A program made the position numbers and the translations under genes. Shown one piece after another: positions 1-10,231 of a DNA stretch of 36,882 bases. The notes beneath the pieces were generated by a model that worked only from the letters and a program-made list of their open reading frames with translations, had not been told where the DNA came from and did no database searches. The stretch is from Deltaproteobacteria bacterium. GTDB lineage: Bacteria; Desulfobacterota; DSM-4660; Desulfatiglandales; B25-G16. Location: assembly GCA_018400255.1 (NCBI GenBank), contig JAGYMO010000362.1:1-36882 (forward strand), given 5' to 3'. Within the stretch, counting starts at the first letter, position 1. Each line of letters begins with the position of its first letter.

Positions 1-165
1 GCGAATCGGCGAAACCAAGTGGTGCCATGGGCTTGCCCGTGGGGCTCCACAGGCGATAGGTATTATTCTAACGCTACAATGATTATTGTATGTTTTTTTG
101 GATAAGCCCTGAGCTGGATTCAGGAGGATTAAGTAATAAAGGCCTGCAAAGAATAGACACGTCTG

Positions 166-939
166 TCAATTTTCATAAAAATGGATAATAGGGATGAACG
201 AATCTGTTTTCAGGCTTGCGCCTCCTATTAATGCGCCATCTATATCAGGCTGTTCCATAAGCTCTTTTATATTATCCGGCTTAACGCTTCCACCGTAAAG
301 TATTCGAATATCCTGAGCTATATCACTGCCGATATTTTCGGTTATCCAGTTTCGTATGAAACTATGTACCTCCTGTGCCTGCGCAGGGGTTGCTGTTCTT
401 CCTGTGCCTATGGCCCATACTGGCTCATAGGCCAGGATTAATTCCTCATATGTTCTTTCGTGAGCACGAAAGTCTTTCAGGGATTCATTTAACTGGGATT
501 TGATAATATCGAATGTTTTCCCATCCTCTCTCTCGCTTAAACTTTCGCCAATGCATACTGTAGGTGTAAGTTTGGCATTGATTGCCGCAATAGTCTTTTT
601 GTTTACAATCGCACTGGATTCATAAAAGAGGGATCGCCTCTCTGAATGGCCCAGGATTACATGCGTGCAGCCCGCCTCCTTCAGCATTAATGGTGAAATT
701 TCTCCAGTAAAAGCCCCACCTGTTTCCCAATGCATATTTTGGCCTGCAATAAAAATATCTGTTTCCGCCAATAATTCGTAAGCAAGAGCCAGCGCTGTAA
801 AAGGTGGTGCGATAAGAACATCAACCGTATTAAAATCTGTTTCAGCCCTCTTTATAGCTATAATAAGCGCTCTAGCATCATCGAGGGATAGGTTCATCTT
901 CCAGTTGGCCGCCATCAGAGGTTTTCGATTTTTCATCAT
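166..939 (-). CDS. tpiA: triosephosphate isomerase
   Basis: 257-aa ORF with TIM hallmarks (AANWKMN near the N-terminus, YEPVWAIGTG, GGASL). It starts 4 nt after the gap stop. Confidence 0.95.
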   Translation of the reverse strand: MMKNRKPLMAANWKMNLSLDDARALIIAIKRAETDFNTVDVLIAPPFTALALAYELLAETDIFIAGQNMHWETGGAFTGEISPLMLKEAGCTHVILGHSERRSLFYESSAIVNKKTIAAINAKLTPTVCIGESLSEREDGKTFDIIKSQLNESLKDFRAHERTYEELILAYEPVWAIGTGRTATPAQAQEVHSFIRNWITENIGSDIAQDIRILYGGSVKPDNIKELMEQPDIDGALIGGASLKTDSFIPIIHFYEN

Positions 940-943
940 GCTG

Positions 944-2442
<1,499 letters not shown>

Positions 2443-2450
2443 GGCATACC

Positions 2451-2912
2451 TTAAAATTCCTCATCATTGTCAATAATAATAGTATAAATTTCTTCCTTTG
2501 ATTTTGCCTCTATTAAACGTCGCCTGAAATTTCCGTTTTTTAACATTTTGGAAATTTTTGCCAGGGATTTTAAATGAATACCTGCCGCATCCTCAGGGGC
2601 AAGCAAGAGAAAAAAGAGGTATGCTGGTTTGTTGTCAATTGAATCAAAATCCAAGCCATTGCTGCTCCTCCCAAAAGAGATTAACATCTTATCCAACCCC
2701 TTCAGTTTCCCGTGAGGTAATGCTACTCCATCGCCTATGCCTGTACTCCCTAGTTTTTCGCGTTCGGATAATACATGAAGTAATTTTGGCTTATCCAGGT
2801 GAGTTTCTCGCTCAGTAATAATCTGCGTAAGTTCTTCTAGCGCCGCCTTTTTATCAGTGGCTTTAAGGTCATCAATGATAAAGTCGGGGCTGAATATTTC
2901 TGAAAGTCTCAT
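2451..2912 (-). CDS. ptsN: PTS IIA-like nitrogen regulatory protein (EIIA-Ntr)
   Basis: EIIA-Ntr/fructose-type domain with GDGVALPHGK (phospho-His). I chose the start at the internal ATG (MRLSEIF...). The ORF-track extension to 3008 begins at TTG and adds 32 non-conserved residues. Confidence 0.85.
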   Translation of the reverse strand: MRLSEIFSPDFIIDDLKATDKKAALEELTQIITERETHLDKPKLLHVLSEREKLGSTGIGDGVALPHGKLKGLDKMLISFGRSSNGLDFDSIDNKPAYLFFLLLAPEDAAGIHLKSLAKISKMLKNGNFRRRLIEAKSKEEIYTIIIDNDEEF

Positions 2913-3137
2913 TCTTTCGCTCTTCGAGTTATTATATAATATACCTAAACTGAGCTTGGTGTTTATTATAAAATCTGTTTTACGGGTTTGTATTATAAGG
3001 CTAAGCAATTATCTTTGCGTAACCTTACAAGAGCAAGGATATAAAATGAAGCCTCTATCAGGTTATTATGTGAGGTAATGTTTAATAACCTTAATATATA
3101 GTTAATATAAATTTCCGCAATTGATCTGTTTTGTTTC

Positions 3138-3671
3138 TTACGTCTCTATAAGCCCTAAATTACCGTCTTTTCGTTTATAAATAACATTTATTTTTTTTGA
3201 TTTAAAATTCGTGAAAACGAGAAAATTCCTCTTGCTTAGCTCTAATTGCATTACTGCCTCATTTATATCCATAGGTTTTGTGTCCGCTTTTTCTATGTGA
3301 ATTGTGGCTGTTTCTGATTCAGTAAGCTTTTCTTGAACCTCTATATCAACATCTAAGTTATTCTCTCCCTTAATATTATCCGGCCTGTATTGTCGCTTTC
3401 GCGATATAAGTCTCCTTAATTGCTCCTCTATCTTGTCCATTGCGAGATCGATTGAGGAATACATATCTTCACTTTCATTTGTTGCCTTAACCTTGTTTCC
3501 ATTTATAGATAATGTCATGTCGGCAATGTGCCTGAATTTTTCTACCTTAAGAACAATGTTTGCATCAACGGGAGAATCGAAATATTTTTTTACCTTGTAA
3601 ACCTTCTCATCTACATATGTTTTAAGTTCTTCCGTTGGCTCCATATGTCTAAAAGTAACATTTATATCCAT
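3138..3671 (-). CDS. hpf: ribosome hibernation promoting factor, long form (sigma-54 modulation protein family)
   Basis: 177-aa ORF with an N-terminal S30AE/YfiA domain (MDINVTFRHME...) plus the C-terminal extension of long HPFs. GGAGG ribosome site upstream. Lies in the conserved rpoN neighbourhood. Confidence 0.9.
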   Translation of the reverse strand: MDINVTFRHMEPTEELKTYVDEKVYKVKKYFDSPVDANIVLKVEKFRHIADMTLSINGNKVKATNESEDMYSSIDLAMDKIEEQLRRLISRKRQYRPDNIKGENNLDVDIEVQEKLTESETATIHIEKADTKPMDINEAVMQLELSKRNFLVFTNFKSKKINVIYKRKDGNLGLIET

Positions 3672-3695
3672 TATATCACCTCCAAAGAGTTTGGA

Positions 3696-3724
3696 TAATT
3701 AACAGAAAAATATGTTAAAGTCAA
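3696..3724 (-). promoter_or_regulatory. possible promoter for hpf
   Basis: Minus strand TTGACT - 17 nt - TAATTA preceded by TGT (extended -10-like), ending about 25 nt upstream of the hpf ATG. The -10 is weak. Confidence 0.3.
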
Positions 3725-4236
3725 ACATATACAAAAAGTGATTAAATCCGTGCTTTTGTCTTGATTCTATATGTTTTAAATTTAGTCCCAAAATACTATG
3801 TGCAAAAATCAGGTAAATAATTGTAGGTATGAAATTTTTCATATTTTTGAGAATCAATTAAATGGCCTTTTAGATATGTCACAATTCCATGACAGGCTTA
3901 GGGCACAAATTTTTTTTATTGGAAAATACTATGTAACCAATGTTTACCTTTCTTCTAATGGAACATGTGAGATTTTTTTGAGCTGTTCTAAATTCTCCTT
4001 GAGTTTATCAATTTAACACTAAAGGTTCTAGGGTAAAGCCTCTTGTCTCCTACAATAAGCCTTATGAAAATAGAAAATATCGGCACGGTTTTTCAAAACC
4101 TTATTTGAAGGCTTCATCCTATTTCAATAAATTTATCCCTTAAAAGATACTATAAGCTTATTTTATTTTAATTCAATAACATTTTGTCATAAAAAATGTA
4201 ATGGTCATTTAAATTTATTATGCCTTACGAAGTTGT

Positions 4237-4268
4237 AAATACAAAAGGCTTTAAACTATATAAGCCTT
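4237..4268 (-). terminator. intrinsic terminator after rpoN (possibly bidirectional)
   Basis: On the minus strand: AAGGCTT - 10-nt loop - AAGCCTT followed by TTGTATTT, 36 nt after the rpoN stop. The plus-strand reading is followed by AGGGATTTTTTT. Confidence 0.6.
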
Positions 4269-4303
4269 AGGGATTTTTTTGGTCTTATCTGTGCAAGTAT
4301 GTT

Positions 4304-5749
4304 TTAGCTGTAAGTATCTTTTCGACGATTTGATGGAAGAATTTTTAGGGCTTCCCTGTATTTGGCAACTGTTCTTCTTGCTAGATTTATATTTGCCTTC
4401 TTTAGAATATTTACTATGTCATTATCACTAAAAGGCTTGTGCTTATTTTCACTTTTTACTATATCCTTAATTTTTTCCTTAACGCTCAAAGAGCCAATTT
4501 CATCCATCCCATCAATAGATTGAACGGTACTATTTAAAAAGTATTTTAGTACAAAAACGCCAAAAGGAGTATACATATACTTGTTATTCATAACCCTGCT
4601 CACAGTGGATTCGTGCATATTTATATCCTCGGCTATGTCTCTTAAGACCATCGGTTTTAGCTGTCTTGGGCCAAATCTAAAAAAATCACCTTGAAATTTA
4701 ACAATGCTTTCCGAAACCTTATATATTGTCTTTTGTCTCTGATGGATACTTTTTATTAACCAGGATGCAGATTTTAATTTATCACGAATATACTCCCTTG
4801 TGTCTTTATTTAAATCATCCTTTTTAGACAGGGTATCTTTATAAAAATTACTAATTCTGAGCTTTGGCAGGCCATCTTCATTTAAAACAATAACGAATTC
4901 TTCTCCTACTTTGTAGACGTATACATCAGGTATTATATATATAGTCTCGTCGTCGTTATAAAAGCGTCCTGGCTTGGGTTCTAAAGAAGATATAACGGAG
5001 ACTGAACTTAAGACCTCTTCTAATGAAACATTAAGCTTTCTCGCGATCTCGCGGTACTTCCTTTTTTCAAGCTCCTTCATGTATTCGGTTAAGATTCTTT
5101 CTACAGTACTTCCATCTAACCCTTGAAAACGGGCCTGTATCAAAAGGCACTCTTGTGCGTCCAATGCACCGACACCTACAGGGTCAAACTCATGGATTTT
5201 TTCAAGAACAGTCAAAACATAGTCCCTTGTTTTATGAGTATAGTTGGCTACATTCTCGATAGTTTCAGTTAGATAGCCATCAGCGTCTATGTTACCGATT
5301 ATATATCTTCCTGTCTCTTTTTGGTCTTCATTAAGATTGCTTAGCTGTAATTGCCAGACAAGATGTGAATAAAGGCTTGTTTTTGGTGTGGCTAAATTCT
5401 CGTAGGTATTCCTGTCATCTGAATTGTCGCGGGGAGTGCTTATCCAGGCGGTGTTATATTCTGATATATATGATTCCCAATCGAAATCATCGCTAATGGT
5501 CTCTTTTACGGTCACCTCCGGGAGGGGCTTTTCATCGGAGGACTTCTCGTTTCCTTCCTCCTCTAATGGTTTTTCTGTTATTTCATCTACTGGGATTTCT
5601 TCCAGCAAGGGGTTCAGCTCAAGTTCCTGGTTTACTGTTTGACAAAGCTCTAATCTAGTGAGCTGCAAGAACTTAATGGCCTGCTGTAGCTGAGGGGTCA
5701 TTATTAATTTTTGATTTAGTTTTAATGATTGTCTGAGTTCTAAAGCCAT
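4304..5749 (-). CDS. rpoN: RNA polymerase sigma-54 factor
   Basis: 481-aa ORF with Leu/Gln-rich region I (LKLNQKLIMTPQLQQAIKFLQL), an acidic region II and the C-terminal RpoN box ARRTVAKYR. Confidence 0.95.
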   Translation of the reverse strand: MALELRQSLKLNQKLIMTPQLQQAIKFLQLTRLELCQTVNQELELNPLLEEIPVDEITEKPLEEEGNEKSSDEKPLPEVTVKETISDDFDWESYISEYNTAWISTPRDNSDDRNTYENLATPKTSLYSHLVWQLQLSNLNEDQKETGRYIIGNIDADGYLTETIENVANYTHKTRDYVLTVLEKIHEFDPVGVGALDAQECLLIQARFQGLDGSTVERILTEYMKELEKRKYREIARKLNVSLEEVLSSVSVISSLEPKPGRFYNDDETIYIIPDVYVYKVGEEFVIVLNEDGLPKLRISNFYKDTLSKKDDLNKDTREYIRDKLKSASWLIKSIHQRQKTIYKVSESIVKFQGDFFRFGPRQLKPMVLRDIAEDINMHESTVSRVMNNKYMYTPFGVFVLKYFLNSTVQSIDGMDEIGSLSVKEKIKDIVKSENKHKPFSDNDIVNILKKANINLARRTVAKYREALKILPSNRRKDTYS

Positions 5750-5757
5750 GATATACG

Positions 5758-6498
5758 CTACAGATTAAAATTATCCCCTAAATAAACGGATTTTACAACC
5801 TCACTTGCTGTAATCTTTTCGGGTTCCCCGGATTCTATAATTGCGCCTTCATTTATAATGTACGCAAGATCACATACATCCAATGTCTCCCGAACATTGT
5901 GGTCTGATATTAATATACCTAAATTCTTTTCTTTAAGTCTATCAACAATTTCCTTAATATCGGTTATAGCCATTGGATCAATTCCTGCGAAAGGCTCATC
6001 AAGTAAGATAAATTTCGGGCTAGTTATTAGTGCCCTTGTAATTTCAAGCCTTCTTCTCTCACCTCCAGATAGAAAACAGGCCTTTTGCTTTGCTAAATGG
6101 CCTATGTTTAATTCATTTAGGAGTGATTGAAGAAATGCCTTTCTCTCCCGCAATGGTGTATTTACGATCTCCATAATTGCTAAAAGGTTTTGTTCAACCG
6201 TCAATTTTCTGAATACAGACGGTTCCTGCGACAGGTAACTTATGCCCTCACGGGCCCTTATATACATTGGCTCGTTGGTAATATTTTTTCCGTCTAAAAA
6301 TATGCTTCCGTTCCTGGCCTTAATCAGGCCAACTATCATGAAAAATGTGGTTGTTTTACCGGCCCCGTTAGGCCCAAGGAGGCCTATAATTTCACCACTA
6401 TGAATTATTAAATCAACCCCCCTGACAACCTCCTTTTTCCCGTAAAATTTAACCAGGTCTTTTATCTCTAAACACCCTTTGTTGTTACTCCTTGTCAC
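5758..6498 (-). CDS. lptB: LPS export ABC transporter ATP-binding protein
   Basis: Walker A GPNGAGKTT, signature LSGGERRR, Walker B ILLDEPF. Start placed at the in-frame GTG (6498), overlapping the lptA stop. The ATG at 6552 would overlap lptA by 68 nt. Confidence 0.9.
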   Translation of the reverse strand: MTRSNNKGCLEIKDLVKFYGKKEVVRGVDLIIHSGEIIGLLGPNGAGKTTTFFMIVGLIKARNGSIFLDGKNITNEPMYIRAREGISYLSQEPSVFRKLTVEQNLLAIMEIVNTPLRERKAFLQSLLNELNIGHLAKQKACFLSGGERRRLEITRALITSPKFILLDEPFAGIDPMAITDIKEIVDRLKEKNLGILISDHNVRETLDVCDLAYIINEGAIIESGEPEKITASEVVKSVYLGDNFNL

Positions 6499-7048
6499 TA
6501 TTTTCCCCCATTTTTTTAGGAAATATAGTGGCACGAACCCTTTTTGAATCATTGCCTTCTATTATACTTCGCTCCTCATTTAAAAATATAGTTATACGTT
6601 GCCCTTCTACAAAATCCAGTCCCTGCTGAATCCGTGGGTTTTCAGTGAGAATTGCCTTACCTTCATTTTCATAAAATACTACCTTACCGGCAGTTGCCTT
6701 ATTGCCATCAGGTATATTGATGATGACATTGCCAGATGCTTCAATCTTCTCAATTCGGTTAGAGCCTATGGAGGACTCATTTTTTGCCTTATCACTGTAG
6801 TAGTATACTATCATCTTGTCACAATTTATTGCCATATCATCTTGAACTGCATTTACACATCCTGCAAAAGTAATAGTCCTTTTTTTTTGATCAATCTCGA
6901 GCGTGTTTGAATTTATAATGATTGGAGTTTTGTCAGAAATACTTTTTAGTTTTAATTCTTCCTGTGAGGAAGAGCTAACCATAGGGGGAGATACCAGCAT
7001 TAAGTCTATTGTGGCAAGGATATAAAAGATTAAAATCAATAGTTTCAT
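6485..7048 (-). CDS. lptA: LPS transport periplasmic protein LptA (OstA-like)
   Basis: 187-aa ORF with an N-terminal signal peptide and OstA-like beta-jellyroll repeats. Sits between lptC and lptB and overlaps the lptC stop by 4 nt. Confidence 0.8.
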   Translation of the reverse strand: MKLLILIFYILATIDLMLVSPPMVSSSSQEELKLKSISDKTPIIINSNTLEIDQKKRTITFAGCVNAVQDDMAINCDKMIVYYYSDKAKNESSIGSNRIEKIEASGNVIINIPDGNKATAGKVVFYENEGKAILTENPRIQQGLDFVEGQRITIFLNEERSIIEGNDSKRVRATIFPKKMGENSDKE

Positions 7049-7617
7049 TTATTGAATACCCCTGTCAAAAATGTTGCATGAATGTTGCCTATTATAGTGA
7101 TTTTTTCTCCCTTAATATCCGCAAAAAGACCGTCTCCTAATATTTTAAAGAATGGGCCTATTATTTTTACGTGGTTCTTGGTTTCCACAGACTCGTTTTT
7201 TTGATTATAATGTAACTGTTCAGTATTTATTTGGTAGCCACTGAGAGATTTTCCGATCACATCCCCTTTTAATTGTATTTCACCCCTACCCTTAAAGTAA
7301 GTTCCCTCTCTTCCCTCAACTGTAAACAAATTTTTATCAGAATTGCGTAGAGTAAGCAAAACATGGCTTAATGAAAAGGCATTGGTTTTTTTTGAGAAAC
7401 TAGCCTCTTTTGCCTTTAAGTTCCATTTTTCCTGGCCATCATTGTAATCCTGCCTGAAATCTATATCAGATATCTTTAAAGATTCTTCAGGCATAACTTT
7501 TTGTATTTTTGACGGTAATGTGGTTACGTTGACCCTGCTAACAAAAAAAAAGGCAAACAAGGCCAAAAGAAAACAGATTCCGCCTATGGGCCATAATACA
7601 ACAGGAATTCTTTTCAT
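7045..7617 (-). CDS. lptC: LPS export system protein LptC
   Basis: 190-aa ORF with a single N-terminal TM anchor followed by an LptC-like beta domain. Its position upstream of lptA-lptB is conserved. Confidence 0.75.
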   Translation of the reverse strand: MKRIPVVLWPIGGICFLLALFAFFFVSRVNVTTLPSKIQKVMPEESLKISDIDFRQDYNDGQEKWNLKAKEASFSKKTNAFSLSHVLLTLRNSDKNLFTVEGREGTYFKGRGEIQLKGDVIGKSLSGYQINTEQLHYNQKNESVETKNHVKIIGPFFKILGDGLFADIKGEKITIIGNIHATFLTGVFNK

Positions 7618-7678
7618 AGGTTAACCGATAGTTAGTTTTATGCAATAGTGGTAAAACCACATGGAAGCAACATCTTAT

Positions 7679-8527
7679 TTAATCCTTTGATACTGTTTTG
7701 TGTATTTCTATAAGGGCTGTAATTAGAGATTCAACCTGCTCAAGCGGAAGAGAATTGGGGCCATCGGAAAGGGCTGAATCAGGTTCAGGGTGAATTTCCA
7801 GAAAAATTCCATCAGCGCCTGCTGCAATGGCAGCCCTTGCAAGCGGCTCAACAAATTCCCTCTGCCCACCAGAAGATTGTCCATTACCGCCTGGTAATTG
7901 TACACTATGAGTAGCATCAAATACAATGGGGTAGCCAAAGCTTTTCATTATAGATATGGATCTCATGTCTACGACAAGGTTATTATAGCCAAAAGACGTA
8001 CCCCTTTCCGTCAGTATTATATTGTTATTTCCTTCTGATGTAGCCTTAAAAATGACATGTTTCATATCCCATGGCGAAAGGAATTGCCCTTTTTTGATGT
8101 TTACTGGCAAATTTGTTCTTGCTGCCTCCAGGATCAGATCCGTCTGGCGGGATAAAAATGCGGGTATTTGAATAACGTCCAAAACCTCAGCTGCCTTTTT
8201 TACTTGATTTACTTGATGTACATCTGATATTACAGGCAGTCCCATTGAATACTTTATTTCTTTCAGCATTTCCAGGCCCTTGTCCAGGCCAGGTCCTCGA
8301 AAGGAATTTAGGGATGTCCTGTTCGCTTTGTCAAAGCTGCTCTTGAAAATAATGGGAATTTTTATCTTCGCGGACAGCCCCTGTAAAAATTCAGCTACCT
8401 TAAAGGTGATGTCTTTATCCTCTATTACACAGGGGCCGGCTATTATGAATAGAGGTCCTTTTCCTCCAAGCTTTAGCTCGCCTACATTTATATAATTATA
8501 ATCATCCTTTATTTTTTCTACTGCCAT
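7679..8527 (-). CDS. kdsA: 3-deoxy-8-phosphooctulonate (KDO-8-P) synthase
   Basis: 282-aa ORF, full-length DAHP/KDO8P synthase fold (FIIAGPCVIE, FKSSFDKANR, FDATHSVQLPGG). Confidence 0.95.
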   Translation of the reverse strand: MAVEKIKDDYNYINVGELKLGGKGPLFIIAGPCVIEDKDITFKVAEFLQGLSAKIKIPIIFKSSFDKANRTSLNSFRGPGLDKGLEMLKEIKYSMGLPVISDVHQVNQVKKAAEVLDVIQIPAFLSRQTDLILEAARTNLPVNIKKGQFLSPWDMKHVIFKATSEGNNNIILTERGTSFGYNNLVVDMRSISIMKSFGYPIVFDATHSVQLPGGNGQSSGGQREFVEPLARAAIAAGADGIFLEIHPEPDSALSDGPNSLPLEQVESLITALIEIHKTVSKD

Positions 8528-8929
8528 GTTAAATATCTGGACCTTTAAGAACTTACTTAATAGAAAGGCCGTTTGCCAGAGGGCTAAGGTATTAAGTAGC
8601 TGGATTTAAACATTAATAAATAACATAATCCCTCTTTTACATAAAAAGAGAGATTTCATTTAGCCAGTCTTTTATTTCTAAAGTTAGAATACCATTAGTA
8701 GCTAGTACATTTTTTTATAATTTTATTAATAAATTTTATATGAATATAAACACAAAGTCAAGAATAGCTTTTTATTCAAGCAATCCTGATATGGTTACTA
8801 TAGTGTCTTTGATTTATCCAAATACTATTGAAAATGATTTTGGTACTATCGAAGGTAAGTTTTGAGGAAGGAGTTTTCATGAAGCTTTTTTAACAGGATT
8901 AAACGGAGACTATTCCTGGATTAAACAAA

Positions 8930-8952
8930 GGCAAGAAGCCGTTGCTTTTTTT
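8930..8952. terminator. weak bidirectional hairpin terminator at the end of the purM-DUF523-amidotransferase operon
   Basis: GGCAA-gaagccg-TTGCT stem. T7 run on the plus strand and CTTTGTTT on the minus strand, 30 nt beyond the amidotransferase stop. Confidence 0.4.
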
Positions 8953-8981
8953 AGCCTGTTTTTGATCAATATTTGGAGATG

Positions 8982-9728
8982 CTACATGCCTTTACCTTTG
9001 AGATAATCAGAACATGCAGAGGCAAATGAATAGAAAAGCTCTTTAATGTAGGGGTCGTCATTAATTAATTCCTCAGGATGCCATTGAACTCCTACTGTCC
9101 AGCCTTTCCCAATCGATTCTATCCCTTCAATTATTCCATCCTGAGAGGTAGCTGTTACCTTGAATCCCTTGCCAACTGTTTTAATCGCTTGGTGGTGGAG
9201 GCTATTAACCTTTATTGTTCTATTAGGGAATATGTCTGACAAACGACTGTTGCCCTCGATTTGTACGTAATGCGAAAGTCTATTCCTTTTATATCTTGGA
9301 TAGTAGTTATGCTTTATGGCATTGGGGACCTGGGTAGCAATATCCTGCCATAGAGTTCCACCTGTGGAGACATTTAGTGTTTGAATGCCGCGGCATATGC
9401 CGAGAATAGGGATATGCTCGCTAAGGCATAGAGGTGTTATAGTAAATTCCATATTATCACGACTTGTATCAATGGCGGTTATATTTGAAATAGGGTCTTG
9501 TCCATAAAGTCTTGGATCGATATCCCTGCCTCCAACCAGAAGCAGGCCGTCTATACGACCTAGAATATCTTTAACTGTTTCCGGTTTAGATGTTATAGGG
9601 ATAAGCAGGGGAGCTATGTCGGTTTCCTCTAATGCCTTTATATAGCTTTGTTGAGTAGCAGATGCCTCTCTGAATATCTCATTTTGTCTTGCCTGAGAAT
9701 AACATGGTATTCCTACAACCGGGTTCAT
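8982..9728 (-). CDS. class I glutamine amidotransferase / gamma-glutamyl-GABA hydrolase-like (peptidase C26)
   Basis: 248-aa ORF with nucleophile elbow GICRGIQ and His/Glu pair in VQWHPE. Confidence 0.85.
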   Translation of the reverse strand: MNPVVGIPCYSQARQNEIFREASATQQSYIKALEETDIAPLLIPITSKPETVKDILGRIDGLLLVGGRDIDPRLYGQDPISNITAIDTSRDNMEFTITPLCLSEHIPILGICRGIQTLNVSTGGTLWQDIATQVPNAIKHNYYPRYKRNRLSHYVQIEGNSRLSDIFPNRTIKVNSLHHQAIKTVGKGFKVTATSQDGIIEGIESIGKGWTVGVQWHPEELINDDPYIKELFYSFASACSDYLKGKGM

Positions 9729-9781
9729 TTTCTTTTTACCTTCTATCTATTTTATGCCTTTGGTTCAGTGTGAAATAGGAT

Positions 9782-10231
9782 TTAACCTGCCTCAATTATC
9801 TCGATACCATGATTGATGAAGAAGGCTGCTGTTACACCGAGGCCGTATCCTGAATATGTTTGGCAATAAGGGGTTGCTAAACCGCAGGATGGGCTTCTTT
9901 TTTTCAGGATTGCCTTTTTTGCACCTGACAATACGGCAAGCCTGTATGATTCCTCAGCACCTTTAATAAAGAACTCTGTCACATCTTCGCCAGAAATACT
10001 CATTACTTTGGCATTTCCATTAAGGACGTCTTTTCCATCGCCACTAATTATATTGGATGGATAACGGGGCGTTGAAAGGCCGCCCAATTGTTCCGGGCAT
10101 ATCGGTATAAAGGGCGTTTTATTTATTATTTGGATAGTGTTTTGATCTATATTATGGGATCCATCATATCTACACCTAACCCCAAGCAGACATGCACTTA
10201 CTAAAACAGGCATAATTTTTCCTGAATTCAA
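9782..10231 (-). CDS. DUF523 family protein (2-thiouracil desulfurase-like)
   Basis: 149-aa ORF with the CLLGxxCRYDG motif and further conserved Cys typical of DUF523. Overlaps the purM stop by 4 nt. Confidence 0.8.
   Translation of the reverse strand: MNSGKIMPVLVSACLLGVRCRYDGSHNIDQNTIQIINKTPFIPICPEQLGGLSTPRYPSNIISGDGKDVLNGNAKVMSISGEDVTEFFIKGAEESYRLAVLSGAKKAILKKRSPSCGLATPYCQTYSGYGLGVTAAFFINHGIEIIEAG

Noticed and set aside
1-60. Resemblance of GCGAAACCAAGTGGTGCCATGGGC to the 5' region of tmRNA and of GGGCTTGCCCGTGGGG to a tRNA-Leu variable arm. A possible RNase P-like GGGCTCCACAGG was also noted.
   Set aside because: - No T-loop (GTTCGAATC-type) or acceptor/CCA geometry fits.
- A full tmRNA or RNase P RNA would overlap tpiA.
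- No plausible tag reading frame ending in AA exists.
- The matches are short and compatible with chance in GC-rich sequence.
2913-3008. N-terminal extensions offered by the ORF track: ptsN to 3008, thrH to 14298, hslU to 34152, the flavoprotein to 28590, cooT to 31735, alaC to 11717, lptB to 6552.
   Set aside because: - The extensions start at TTG or another weak start.
- They lack a properly spaced ribosome site, or overlap it.
- They add residues absent from the conserved families, or overlap the upstream gene.
- In each case an internal ATG or GTG with a better ribosome site gives the canonical N-terminus.
3798-4016. A 72-aa plus-strand ORF in the rpoN-hpf spacer, a 68-aa ORF at 24361-24567 and a 79-aa ORF at 31507-31746.
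   Set aside because: They have no ribosome sites, their composition is that of translated AT-rich non-coding DNA, and I recognise no motifs. The ORF at 24361 overlaps the YidD-like gene start, and the ORF at 31507 is antisense to the cooT leader.
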